Assembly (NCBI GenBank): GCA_963699155.1
Contig: OY969414.1
Location: 2,335,327-2,399,326, forward strand
Length of the DNA: 64,000 bases
Direction: 5' to 3'
From: an uncultured Chlamydiales bacterium
GTDB lineage: Bacteria > Chlamydiota > Chlamydiia > Chlamydiales > JAAKFR01
A program made the position numbers and the translations under genes. Under the pieces are notes generated by a model. The model was not told where the DNA came from and did no database searches. It saw nothing but the letters and a program-made list of their open reading frames with translations. Positions 31,639 through 41,376 of the stretch are shown piece after piece. Numbering within the stretch: position 1 is the stretch's first letter; every line of letters starts with the position of its first letter.

Positions 31639-33861
31639 ATGGCGAAGAGTAGAGAGGCCTTATTTTCCATTCCCCGCCCTCTTCAAGGGGTCTTCTGGCT
31701 TTTGGGAGCGATCGCTCTGCAGTTGAGCCAGTTTACCTATTGTGATGGCGACCCCACGCGCAATTGGTTGGGTCTCGTTGGCCATGTCATCGGCTGGATT
31801 TCGGCCTATCTGCTGGGCTTTGCTGGATGGATTCTTCCCATTTTCATGAGCTGGCTGGGCTGGAAGAGGGTGGCTGGCAAAGAGACTCCTTCGCTGCTTT
31901 TTAAACTTTTTTGTTTGGGAACCCTCCTCTTTTCTAGCACCGTGCTGTTGGCCATGGTGGCGCAAGCGTGGCCCGATCTGGCAGCTCTGTTTAAGAAATG
32001 GGTCTATGCCGATCACTACCCGCGCAAAGCGTTCTACAATCCCACGACGCTGAGATACTATTTAGGTGGCGTTCCACTCCATCATCTCTACTTCGATACG
32101 GGAATCAATATCCGACAATTACTGGGCGGATTTGGCACCTTTCTTCTCTTTTTCCCACTCTTTCTGTTGTCTGCCATTTTACTCACCAATTTCCCAGTCT
32201 GGAAGATACTCTCTAAGCTAAAGAGTGTTTCTAAGCCGGCTGCAAAAATTGTCGTCGATCTTCCAGCAGAAATTGTGGAGGAGGCTCCATTCCCCTCTCT
32301 GATACGTGAAGATCCGCTAAAAAAAGAGACCCGGATCAAGCTGCTCGACAAAAAACCGCAGCCAAAAAAAGAGCAAAAACCGATCGCTGGGCCCGCTGCA
32401 CAAGTGGGCGATTATACCTTGCCCCCTTCTACCTTGTTGACGGAGGTGGCGCCAGTTGATCAATCCTCCCTCAAAAGTGATCTCAAACGAGGCGCCAAGG
32501 TATTAGAGGAGACCCTTTTCAGCTTTGGGATTGAGGCGAAGGTGGGCGACATCCATTGCGGTCCCACCATCACCTCGTTTGAGGTGCATCCTGCGGTGGG
32601 TGTCAAAGTCCAAAAAATTAAAACGCTCGAAAATGATATTGCCCTCAACATGCAGGCAAAATCGATCCGGATCATCGCCCCCATCCCCGGAAAGGCGGCT
32701 GTGGGGATCGAGGTGCCCAACCCTTGCCCTCAGGAGGTCGGCTTCCGCGACCTTTTAGAAGCCTATCAGGCGGGTCATAAAAAGGCCCAGATCCCCCTAC
32801 TCCTGGGCAAAGTGGTTAATGGCGATGATGTCTGGGCCGATTTGACCAAGATGCCCCACCTGATCATCGCAGGAGCAACTGGCTCGGGAAAATCGGTCTG
32901 CATCAATACGATCGTCATGTCGATCGTCATGAATGCGCGTCCTGATGAGATCAAGTTGGTGATGGTCGATCCCAAAAAGGTCGAATTGACCGCCTACACG
33001 CAGCTGCCCCATATGTTGGCTCCTGTGATTACCGAGCCGGGAGGCGCCTGCGCGGCTCTCGGATGGCTCGTGAAGGAGATGGAGCGGCGCTACGAGCTCT
33101 TTCGCCAGCTCGGCATCCGCAACATTCTTGCCTTTAATGGCCGCACACCGAATCGTGAGCTAGAAAGTTCTCTCGAGATCGAGGTGCCAGACAAAATGCC
33201 CTACATCGTCGTCATCATCGATGAGCTTGCCGACCTGATGATGGTCTCCTCTAGCGATATCGAGACTCCGATCGCACGTATCGCTCAGATGGCGCGAGCT
33301 GTCGGTATTCACATGATCTTAGCGACGCAGCGCCCCTCGCGCGAAGTGATCACAGGGCTGATCAAGGCTAACTTCCCTTGCCGGATCGCCTTCAAAGTAT
33401 CAAGTAGAGTCAACAGCCAGATCATCATCGATGATAATGGAGCCGATAGCTTACTCGGCAATGGCGATATGCTCTTTCTACCACCAGGGACTTCTAACCT
33501 GCTTCGTGCCCAAGGAGCCTATATCCGCGATGAAGATATCAACCAGGTCATCCGCTTCTGCTGTACGCAGGCGCCCGCCAACTACCTGATTCCCTCTTTC
33601 GATACCTACCGTGTTGACGGAGGAGAAGCTCTTGGTGTGGAGGTCTCAATCGAGCGCGACCCTCTCTTCGAAGAGGCCAAAAAGCTGGTGCTCGAAACAG
33701 GAAACGCTTCCACAACCTTCCTCCAAAGGAAAATGAAATTGGGCTACGCCAGAGCGGCGAGCCTTATGGATCAACTGGAACAAAATGGAGTGGTCGGCCC
33801 TTCAGAAGGTGCCAAACCACGAAAGATCTTTTACCCATCGGAAAAAGAAGAGAATGAATAA
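31639..33861 (+). CDS. ftsK: DNA translocase FtsK
   Basis: N-terminal TMs, MPHLIIAGATGSGKS, IIDELADLMM, LATQRPS, gamma domain LQRKMKLGYARAA. Confidence 0.97.
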   Translation: MAKSREALFSIPRPLQGVFWLLGAIALQLSQFTYCDGDPTRNWLGLVGHVIGWISAYLLGFAGWILPIFMSWLGWKRVAGKETPSLLFKLFCLGTLLFSSTVLLAMVAQAWPDLAALFKKWVYADHYPRKAFYNPTTLRYYLGGVPLHHLYFDTGINIRQLLGGFGTFLLFFPLFLLSAILLTNFPVWKILSKLKSVSKPAAKIVVDLPAEIVEEAPFPSLIREDPLKKETRIKLLDKKPQPKKEQKPIAGPAAQVGDYTLPPSTLLTEVAPVDQSSLKSDLKRGAKVLEETLFSFGIEAKVGDIHCGPTITSFEVHPAVGVKVQKIKTLENDIALNMQAKSIRIIAPIPGKAAVGIEVPNPCPQEVGFRDLLEAYQAGHKKAQIPLLLGKVVNGDDVWADLTKMPHLIIAGATGSGKSVCINTIVMSIVMNARPDEIKLVMVDPKKVELTAYTQLPHMLAPVITEPGGACAALGWLVKEMERRYELFRQLGIRNILAFNGRTPNRELESSLEIEVPDKMPYIVVIIDELADLMMVSSSDIETPIARIAQMARAVGIHMILATQRPSREVITGLIKANFPCRIAFKVSSRVNSQIIIDDNGADSLLGNGDMLFLPPGTSNLLRAQGAYIRDEDINQVIRFCCTQAPANYLIPSFDTYRVDGGEALGVEVSIERDPLFEEAKKLVLETGNASTTFLQRKMKLGYARAASLMDQLEQNGVVGPSEGAKPRKIFYPSEKEENE

Positions 33862-33904
33862 TCTCTTTTACCCCTCTGAGAACGAAGAAAGTGAATAGAA
33901 TCAT

Positions 33905-34699
33905 ATGTACGGATATTGCCCGCTTGCCTCTGGATCGAAAGGAAATTGCCTCTATTTCGGGACGAGAACGACAAAAATTTTAGTTGATGCCGGCATCAGT
34001 GCCAGCGCGACCGAAAGAAAATTGGGAGAAATTGGGGTCTCACTCAGCGATATCCAAGCCATCATCATCACTCATGACCATACAGATCATATTGCAGGCC
34101 TAAAAACACTCGCCTTCCGCTACCGGATTCCCGTTTTTGCTAATGCTGAAACGGCAAAAGGGATCTACACTGCATTGGGAAGTTGCCCCCAGTTTAAAAT
34201 TTTTACCACCGGGGAGAGCTTTCATTTTGGCGACATCGAGATCCACCCCTTCAGCATCCAGCACGATACGGCCGACCCTGTTGCCTTCACACTCAAAACT
34301 GACGGGCTCAAAATTGGGATCTGCACCGACCTCGGCTTCCCCTCCAGCCTTGTCAAAGCCCATTTACGTGACTGCGACTATCTCATGGTTGAAGCCAACC
34401 ATGAACCCTCCATGGTCCATGCCTCATCGAGGCCCCTCATCTATAAACAGCGCGTGCTCGGGCGCAGTGGCCACCTCTCCAACGAAGCGTGCGCCAACCT
34501 TCTCGCTGAAATCATTGGAGAGCAGCTGAAACACATTCACCTCGCTCACCTCTCCCAGGAATGCAATTCAGAAATCACCGCGCTCGAAACAGTGAAGCGC
34601 AAAATTGGTGAGCAGATTGAAATCACCATTGCTCCTCAAGATAAAATTGGTAAACCCATCGCTTTTCATGAAAACTATCAAACTTGCTCTTCGCGCTGA
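33905..34699 (+). CDS. yycJ: MBL-fold metallo-hydrolase, YycJ/WalJ family
   Basis: LASGSKGN, THDHTDH, EANHE, GHLSN, HLSQECN. Confidence 0.88.
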   Translation: MYGYCPLASGSKGNCLYFGTRTTKILVDAGISASATERKLGEIGVSLSDIQAIIITHDHTDHIAGLKTLAFRYRIPVFANAETAKGIYTALGSCPQFKIFTTGESFHFGDIEIHPFSIQHDTADPVAFTLKTDGLKIGICTDLGFPSSLVKAHLRDCDYLMVEANHEPSMVHASSRPLIYKQRVLGRSGHLSNEACANLLAEIIGEQLKHIHLAHLSQECNSEITALETVKRKIGEQIEITIAPQDKIGKPIAFHENYQTCSSR

Positions 34700-35339
34700 C
34701 GAACCAGCCCGCGACACTCCCATTTCCCGCTTTGAAGAGCTCTTCGGGATCACCTACTTCCCCCATCTCGTCTGCGCCAACTGGGAGGTGGAGCAGTGGC
34801 TCCGCAAAGCCTGCTCACGCGCTGCTGCGAAAGGAAAGATGAAACAGCTGGCCCTCTGGCTGGGCAAACTGCATGGGCCTGAGATCGATGCTGCAGAGAT
34901 CCCCGATATCTCCATCCGCTGGATTGACGATAAGATCGGCTATGGCCTTTTCACCAACCGCCCCCTCAAAAAATGGGAATTTATCGGCGAATATACCGGG
35001 ACGCTCCGCCGCCGCACTCTCCTCTTCCCCAATATCAACGACTACTGCTTCATGTACCCGCGCGCCTGGCTCTCCCTCAAAGCCTTCACGATCGACAGCC
35101 AAACCCAGGGCAACTACACCCGCTTCATCAACCATAGCGATCATCCCAACTGCGAGTCAGTCGGCGTCTACCATGGCGGCCTCTTCCACATCATCTTCCG
35201 CGCCATCCAAGAGATCCCCGCCGACACCCAGCTCACCTACGACTACGGCAACATCTACTGGAACCGCCGCAAAAAAATCCCCGAAGAGCCTATTGAGAAC
35301 CTGATTTCTCCAGAAGATCTTAAAAAAATGCGTTCGTGA
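34668..35339 (+). CDS. SET-domain protein-lysine methyltransferase (chlamydial NUE/CT737 orthologue by synteny)
   Basis: GYGLF, IGEYTG, RFINHSDHPNC, QLTYDYG..YW. Confidence 0.92.
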   Translation: MKTIKLALRADEPARDTPISRFEELFGITYFPHLVCANWEVEQWLRKACSRAAAKGKMKQLALWLGKLHGPEIDAAEIPDISIRWIDDKIGYGLFTNRPLKKWEFIGEYTGTLRRRTLLFPNINDYCFMYPRAWLSLKAFTIDSQTQGNYTRFINHSDHPNCESVGVYHGGLFHIIFRAIQEIPADTQLTYDYGNIYWNRRKKIPEEPIENLISPEDLKKMRS

Positions 35340-35445
35340 AATGAAAAAACTCCCATTCTGCGAACCATCTTCGGAAAGAAAAGCGTTCGCAAGACAGAGA
35401 ATTCCCTAAATTGCGAACATTTTCAGCTAAACCCGCGAATCCTGT

Positions 35446-35635
35446 GCGAGCCGTTGCGAAGCTTCGGCGAGCCCCTCCCCGGCCTTTGGCCGAGGCGCCC
35501 GTTCTCATGCAAGAGTAGCAAAGCTCTGGTCACTAAAGAGCGCAAGTAGAAAGAGTTCCACCACCTCAGGTATTATCCAGGCCCTGGAAGTGCGGGACCG
35601 CGCGAGGCGCAGCCAGCGCCGAGTGCCTAAGCCGC
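35446..35635. repeat. GC-rich non-coding block, diverged copy of ~39963-40165
   Basis: gcgcccgttctcatgcaagagtagcaaagctctggtcactaaaga aligns with gcgccccgttcgcaggcaagagtggcgaggcattagtcactcaaga; aagtgcgggaccgcgcg aligns with aagtgcggggccgcgcg. Confidence 0.75.
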
Positions 35636-35944
35636 GGGCAAATTCTTGCGCGGGGAACCCGCGGTTCCTTTCTTCAATCTATGTCGTTTGTTCATCAATG
35701 AAATTGATTGAACAACGACATAGTCGATGGCTGTTGGGACGAAGTGCAATCGCTGCAAACGAGCGAAGAGCAGTGCTCTGCACGGCGAGCGAGTGCGCAG
35801 CGACCCGAAGGGCAAGGTTGCACAAAGTTCCAACAGCCCCAAGTGGGGGGCGGGGGGCGAAAGCCCACGACAAACCTATTCTCTCACTTGCGAAGCAAAG
35901 TGGAGCATGGGGGTTCGGGGCGCAGCCCCGCTAAAGAAAAGAGA

Positions 35945-36010
35945 GTCTGCGTGCTCTGTGATCTCTGTGGTGTTAAAAAATACCACAGAGCACACAGAGC
36001 TCACAGAGGG
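35945..36010. repeat. short-period palindrome (ctctgtg / cacagag arms)
   Basis: gtgctctgtgatctctgtggtg-ttaaaaaa-taccacagagcacacagagctcacagag. Confidence 0.75.
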
Positions 36011-36072
36011 AGGGTAGGCGCTGTTTTTTAAAACCAAAAAATATAGACCCGCTAGCGTTAAAAACTCTCCTC

Positions 36073-36597
36073 CTACATCAGCAAGTCATCTAAATCGCCA
36101 GGTCTCTCGCCAGGAACGATTGTTGCAGAAGAGTTGGGACCGGTTCCAGGGCCTGCGCCGGCAGGTTTGATATCTCTGCCTGAGGGGTGAATGAGGGAGG
36201 GTGCAGCCTCTTTTCCACGGCCTGAGTCGCCAGATGGGGCAGGTGCTAGATGGCTCAGATGAGGTGGGATGGGTGGAGCTTGGAGGCGAGCGGCGCCAGG
36301 GGCGATGCTTGCTTCCAATGCTGACAACCTGGATTCCATATCATTGGCAACACCTGTGGCTCGCCTTACGCAGGCGCGGAGCGACTGCATGAGGATGGCA
36401 CCTAATAAGAAACTACCGCCGCAGCACATCCCAATGGAAGCTGGCGTTGTGATTGTGAAGAGTGAAAAAAACTTTTGATTGGAGAGGAGGGTGATGATTC
36501 CAATCGCGAGAACAGCTGCAGCAGTCAGGGCCACAACCGACAAAACTCCTCCATAAGCACAATTATTTTTTTCTCCTAAAGAATCTATACAAGACAT
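36073..36597 (-). CDS. Inc-like protein (bilobed hydrophobic domain, Pro-rich tail)
   Basis: VLSVVALTAAAVLAIGIITLL...IGMCCGGSFLLGAIL; TAATG coupling to the upstream gene. Confidence 0.6.
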   Translation of the reverse strand: MSCIDSLGEKNNCAYGGVLSVVALTAAAVLAIGIITLLSNQKFFSLFTITTPASIGMCCGGSFLLGAILMQSLRACVRRATGVANDMESRLSALEASIAPGAARLQAPPIPPHLSHLAPAPSGDSGRGKEAAPSLIHPSGRDIKPAGAGPGTGPNSSATIVPGERPGDLDDLLM

Positions 36598-39500
36598 TAT
36601 TGGACACCTTCTTTTTTATCTTTAACTTCTCTCTGCATTTTTGGCGGTAGATAGGGCAGAATAGCCTCTAAAGTATACTCCTTAGGACGGGGCTGGGCCT
36701 GGACAATCCGCCCCCAAAATTCGAAGAAGTTAGGCCACTTCTGAACCCTTTTTATAAAGCGCTCATTGTGCAGAATTTTTCCATTCAATAGAGCCACGTC
36801 GATCAAAATATCTTGTAACCACTCTGACTCTAAAACTTGTTTGACCATCTCATCTGAGGGGTTGAGTTGATGAGTTCCCCTCTGATATAATACATCATCC
36901 GCTCTTAATATTAAAGCTTTGTGTTTAATGTCAGCCCCTTGAGGCGCTCTTTTGAGGGCGGCTAAGTGGCGCACCATGACGTCGTCAGAAACCGCCTCAG
37001 CAAAGACCTTTCCTTCATGAAGGACAATGAGCATATAATCGATTGGTTTTAAAAATTTTTCTTTTAAAGAGATATCGAGCGAACGGGCGGTGTGGATCTG
37101 GTTCTCCTCAAGGAAAAGTCCAGGTGTTAACCGGGGTGCCCAAAAAACAATCTGCGCTGCGTTTTCAGGCTTGATCGAGCTAATATAATCTTTATCGGTT
37201 ACCAGCTTAAAGGGGCGCAACGGCTCTGGGGCGCGTGAGGGGCGCTCAATTTGAAACTGCAGTTTATGGACCTCCTCGATGACAACGCATCTCTGATGCA
37301 CCTCAGAAAGAACCGTTTTCTGGAAGTCGATCACCATTTGGGGAATTTTCGCCTTCACTTGAGCGATGAAAGTCTCTAAGGTTTTTTTGACCGCTTCAAA
37401 GGGTGTCTCATAGCCGAAACGGCGGTAGCAAGTTTCTGCAAATCTCCAGAGAACTTTATCGGTATCTGCCAACTCTTCCTGCGCATCCCAGATTTGTTGA
37501 GGCTTCACTTTCTCTCTGAAGCCCCGCTCATATTTTTTGATCGCTTGGCTCTTATCAGGTGATACTGGCAGACCTAAACTTTCAATTTTCAGGGAAATCT
37601 CCTGGAAGGCAGCCATGAGAACGACTTTTTTGATCGACGAGGCCTTATTTTGGAGGAACCAGCTAAAGAGCATAGCACTTGTCACTCTCTCTTCCTTCAC
37701 CTTCTTTTTGGCAAGTAGTTGAGCGGGAACGACCCAGATGAGCGTCATGTCCATCGCACTCTCTAAATTGCCACGCGCCCGGTTGATCGATTGGACCGCA
37801 TGGTCGATCGTGAGAGTCTCTCCAGCAAGAATATAGATGTTCGTATGTGGCATACCTGGAAAATTTGCCGACTCTGCATGGGTTGAATCATAAAAAATAC
37901 CTATTGCCAAACTATCCCAGGCAACCTCATGCTCCTCCAGCTTTTCCTTGAGATTGTCCGTTCCCTTAAATTCCACACTTCTTCTACCCCGTAAAAGTAA
38001 ACAGAGATTCTCATCTTCACTTCTGCCCGCTTTTTTCTCTTGGAAATAGATGACGCCATCGAGGTGGGAAGCTTTCAGCCATCTTTGGGCGACCTCTTGA
38101 TTCGCTTCATGGCAGAGAAATCCATCCGCATCGATCATGTAGCGCCCACGCCGTGACTGTTCTGGAGATTGTTGGCTGAGTTTCAGGAAAAAGTCATCTA
38201 CATTAGCAGGAAAGAGGAAATTCTGGTTTTTCTTTCTCGCTGCTCCTGCAATCACCCGTGCTTCAAAGAGAGGGTCATAGTTTGCCTCTTTGAGAGCCTG
38301 GGGATAGGCCATTCTTGGAAGCGGTGTCGCCGAAAAGCTGACGGAGCAGTGGCCCATATCCATTAAATGAGCAGGTGTCGAGGTGAACTCCTCTTCCGCA
38401 TATCCTATGCGGCCAAAGACTACAGAGGAGAGATAATATTCCTTAACGTCCGGATGTTTTTTCAAATAGGTGAGCAGTAACTGATGCTTGGAGAGATTGT
38501 TGACATCAATATCACGTAACCGCAATTCAGGATAGATGGCCTCTACCCATCCCCGGAACCGCTTTCCGGTCGGTGTTAAGGCTCTGACCGCAGCGATCGA
38601 CTGCTCCTCATGATCCTGTCTCTGCAGCCGCAGGAGAAGTGTTTTCAATTGGTCATCATTTAATCCTCTTGCCCAGGTTCCCTTGATCGTCAACACAGCT
38701 GTCAGATCGTGGTCTTTAAATTGCGCATGCGAGGGAGTTTTATGGAAGGAGGGCGTTTCAATCTCGCCCTGCTCTTCTGAGAAGAGATGGTCATAATCTG
38801 TCTTCATCTTGACCACTTTTTTCAAGAGCCGGTTGAGAAAATAGCGCATCAGAAGGAAAGAGTAGCGCTCAATGGATCCTATAGGAGGTAAAGAGGAGGG
38901 CTCCTTCGCCTTTTTGTGGGTCAGATAGAAAATCATCTCTCGATCGCTGGTATAGAAAGAGGCGATGAGCTCCTTCAGTTTCTGCAGCTCCGCTTTTTCT
39001 ATTTTTTCCTGTAGAATGGTTTGGATCCGTCTCAATATTTTTTTATCAGCGCCGTTAAATGGAAGAAGGCCAAGCAAGGGCTTCATCAATTGGAAAAGAA
39101 GTTCGCTCTCCTCTTGGGTCAAATGGATAAAGTCTCCGACTCCTAAAATAGCCTGAGTCAGAGGATCTAAATTGCGGTGCGATTCATCGATGAGCAAGAG
39201 AGCGCGCAGTTTAAAGACGGCGATGATATTTTGGAGCATGATCGTTCTTGGGCTCTTACTATCTTCAACGGCTGCCTTAAAGTAAGCTGACCTTAGAGCA
39301 TAAAAAGTTTGGGGAACCAGAAGGAGCGTCGTGCCATTCAAGGCATCCTTCTTCAGTATTTGAAAAACCATTTCCAATTTTTTATCTGTAAATTCGGTCT
39401 CCATTCCCACTTCGAGTGTGTCGAGCTCCTCTTCCAGTAGACTGAGTGTCTGGCTAAGGTTTTCCTTTTCGGTGGAGAGCATCGCCTGGGTCGTGAAGAC

Positions 39501-39611
39501 ACAAGGGAAGAGTTGATGCCTTTTGCTGCGCAGCGCCATCAAGGGGATCATGTAGGAGGTTTTTCCTCCACCTGCTGGCAACTGAAACTGGCGATTTTCT
39601 TTTTTTGCCAC
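36597..39611 (-). CDS. DUF3638-like SF2 helicase-fold protein, probably 5'-truncated
   Basis: QLPAGGGKTS (Walker A), LLLIDESH (DExH), SFSATP, QSINRARG; Walker A is only ~12 aa from a GTG start next to a MITE. Confidence 0.65.
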   Translation of the reverse strand: MAKKENRQFQLPAGGGKTSYMIPLMALRSKRHQLFPCVFTTQAMLSTEKENLSQTLSLLEEELDTLEVGMETEFTDKKLEMVFQILKKDALNGTTLLLVPQTFYALRSAYFKAAVEDSKSPRTIMLQNIIAVFKLRALLLIDESHRNLDPLTQAILGVGDFIHLTQEESELLFQLMKPLLGLLPFNGADKKILRRIQTILQEKIEKAELQKLKELIASFYTSDREMIFYLTHKKAKEPSSLPPIGSIERYSFLLMRYFLNRLLKKVVKMKTDYDHLFSEEQGEIETPSFHKTPSHAQFKDHDLTAVLTIKGTWARGLNDDQLKTLLLRLQRQDHEEQSIAAVRALTPTGKRFRGWVEAIYPELRLRDIDVNNLSKHQLLLTYLKKHPDVKEYYLSSVVFGRIGYAEEEFTSTPAHLMDMGHCSVSFSATPLPRMAYPQALKEANYDPLFEARVIAGAARKKNQNFLFPANVDDFFLKLSQQSPEQSRRGRYMIDADGFLCHEANQEVAQRWLKASHLDGVIYFQEKKAGRSEDENLCLLLRGRRSVEFKGTDNLKEKLEEHEVAWDSLAIGIFYDSTHAESANFPGMPHTNIYILAGETLTIDHAVQSINRARGNLESAMDMTLIWVVPAQLLAKKKVKEERVTSAMLFSWFLQNKASSIKKVVLMAAFQEISLKIESLGLPVSPDKSQAIKKYERGFREKVKPQQIWDAQEELADTDKVLWRFAETCYRRFGYETPFEAVKKTLETFIAQVKAKIPQMVIDFQKTVLSEVHQRCVVIEEVHKLQFQIERPSRAPEPLRPFKLVTDKDYISSIKPENAAQIVFWAPRLTPGLFLEENQIHTARSLDISLKEKFLKPIDYMLIVLHEGKVFAEAVSDDVMVRHLAALKRAPQGADIKHKALILRADDVLYQRGTHQLNPSDEMVKQVLESEWLQDILIDVALLNGKILHNERFIKRVQKWPNFFEFWGRIVQAQPRPKEYTLEAILPYLPPKMQREVKDKKEGVQ

Positions 39612-39630
39612 CCCTTCGCATACCCAAAGG

Positions 39631-39900
39631 GGTCCAGTTCACCAACATAGGTAACAGTTTGATTCACCAAAAGAAAGGCTTAGAGCAACCAAAGATCAAA
39701 ACAAGGAGGTCTTAGTGGGATATACTTCCGCCCTCGGCTGTGGGCTAAAGCCCACAGCCTTAGTTGGACTTCGAAGCTTGTTATTTGGATTTTATGAGGG
39801 GGAAGACCCCCTCAAACTCCCCCTGGGTGGGAAGAAATAGCTAACAAAAAGTGTTACCTATGTTGGTGAATCATTTGTTAGCTATGTTACCGATCGGACC
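39631..39900. mobile_element. 270-bp MITE with IS481-like terminal repeats, no transposase
   Basis: Left ggtccagttcaccaacataggtaacagtttgattcaccaa; right end reverse complement ggtccgatcggtaacatagctaacaaatgattcaccaacataggtaacac; repeated tgttacctatgt sites; no TSD seen. Confidence 0.7.
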
Positions 39901-40043
39901 TGCTGTTTTTTTTACCACAGAGTGCAAAGAGACGCTGTGTTGAAAAACTCTCTCGAAAATCAGCGAGCCGTTGGGAGTGACAGCGGCCCGTTGAGGGTCG
40001 CGAGCGACTTTCGGCGCCCCCACCCGCGCCTGTGACCGAGGCT

Positions 40044-40390
40044 GCGTAGCGCCCCGTTCGCAGGCAAGAGTGGCGAGGCATTAGTCACTCAAGATATATC
40101 CTGAGATGCTTTCACTATCTCAGGGTTTGACCAGCCTCTGAAAGTGCGGGGCCGCGCGTAGCGCCCCGTTCGCAGGCAAGAGTGGCGAGGCATTAGTCAC
40201 TCAAGATATATCCTGAGATGCTTTCACTATCTCAGGGTTTGACCAGCCTCTGAAAGTGCGGGGCCGCGCGTAGCGCCCCGTTCGCAGGCAAGAGTGGCGA
40301 GGCATTAGTCACTCAAGATATATCCTGAGATGCTTTCACTATCTCAGGGTTTGACCAGCCTCTGAAAGTGCGGGGCCGCGCGTAGCGCCC
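40044..40390. repeat. 112-bp tandem repeat x3
   Basis: gcgtagcgccc recurs at 40044, 40156, 40268 and 40380; units identical. Confidence 0.95.
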
Positions 40391-40920
40391 GAGTGTCTCA
40401 GCGGTGGCCAGAATGTAACTAGAAATAATTTCGCAAAAAGAGCTTCAAGGATGGGTGGGAGAGGGGGCCTGGGGGAGGGGGGTGAGCGAGTGAAACGAGC
40501 GAAGGGCCCTCCCCCAGATATGTCTACGAGCTGACACGAAAGGGGCCCCACCATGAGACGTAAGTCACGGTGGGGAATGAGTGCGCGAGTAGCCCGCGGC
40601 CGCAGATTGCAAAGCCAGATTGCTTCCGGAGCTGAGCGAAGCGTGGAGGGTAGTGCTGTGCACACCCTCCCAGCGAGGAAGCGATATGGCAAAGCAAGAT
40701 GCGGCTCAAGGGGACAAGGTACCTCAAAAAGCCTCCAGTGGAGGGTTTTTGATGGGTTGTCCGAGAGTTCACAAGTTTACTTGTGAACCGAGGGGGACAG
40801 CAGGGGATTCCTGACACGCCAGTGACGGAACCACCCGACATGTCGATAAGCTGCCATTTTAAGATCGACGGTTATATCTTGGACGAGCCAAGCGAAGCAA
40901 GGTCATGCAAAGCGCCCAAA

Positions 40921-41376
40921 TTAGCGGGGTTTGTCGAAGCGGCCCATTAGTTCGGTTTGGGTGATGATGTGGCCTTCCATGGCTTGGAGAAGCTTTTCTT
41001 TAGTAGTGCCTTCGGGTAAGTTGAGCTTGGTGTCGAGGGCGTAGAGTTTGAAAAAATAGCGATGTTCTCTGTCAGGTGGACAGGGACCCATATATCTATT
41101 CTTCCCGCCTGTGTTTTTTCCAAAAGTGGCTAATTTCGGAGTGGCTTCTGGGATTGCTTTTGTTTTGGGGTCGATATCGTAGACCAGCCAGTGAACCCAC
41201 ATGCCATCTGCACGTAAGTTTAGGGGCACATCGGGATCGTCGACAATGAGCGCTAAACTTTTAGCCTCCGGAGGTGTGCCAGAGATCTCAAGGGACGGGC
41301 TGACATCCACTCCGACGCAAGTATATTTAATGGGAATCGTTCCGTTATGGCTAAAAGCGGGGCTAGATAATTTCAC
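40921..41376 (-). CDS. YbhB/YbcL family Raf kinase inhibitor-like protein
   Basis: LSSPAF..IPIKYTC, LIVDDPD..WVHW, GPCPP..HRYFFKLYALD; GTG start with aggag. Confidence 0.92.
   Translation of the reverse strand: MKLSSPAFSHNGTIPIKYTCVGVDVSPSLEISGTPPEAKSLALIVDDPDVPLNLRADGMWVHWLVYDIDPKTKAIPEATPKLATFGKNTGGKNRYMGPCPPDREHRYFFKLYALDTKLNLPEGTTKEKLLQAMEGHIITQTELMGRFDKPR

Noticed and set aside
35590..36031. Short ORFs in the GC-rich blocks (also 40339-40841 and 2593-3105)
   Set aside because: Overlapping frames with biased composition arising from repeats or GC content; no protein motifs.
39900..40920. Group II intron or retron RNA
   Set aside because: No recognisable domain V and no reverse transcriptase nearby.
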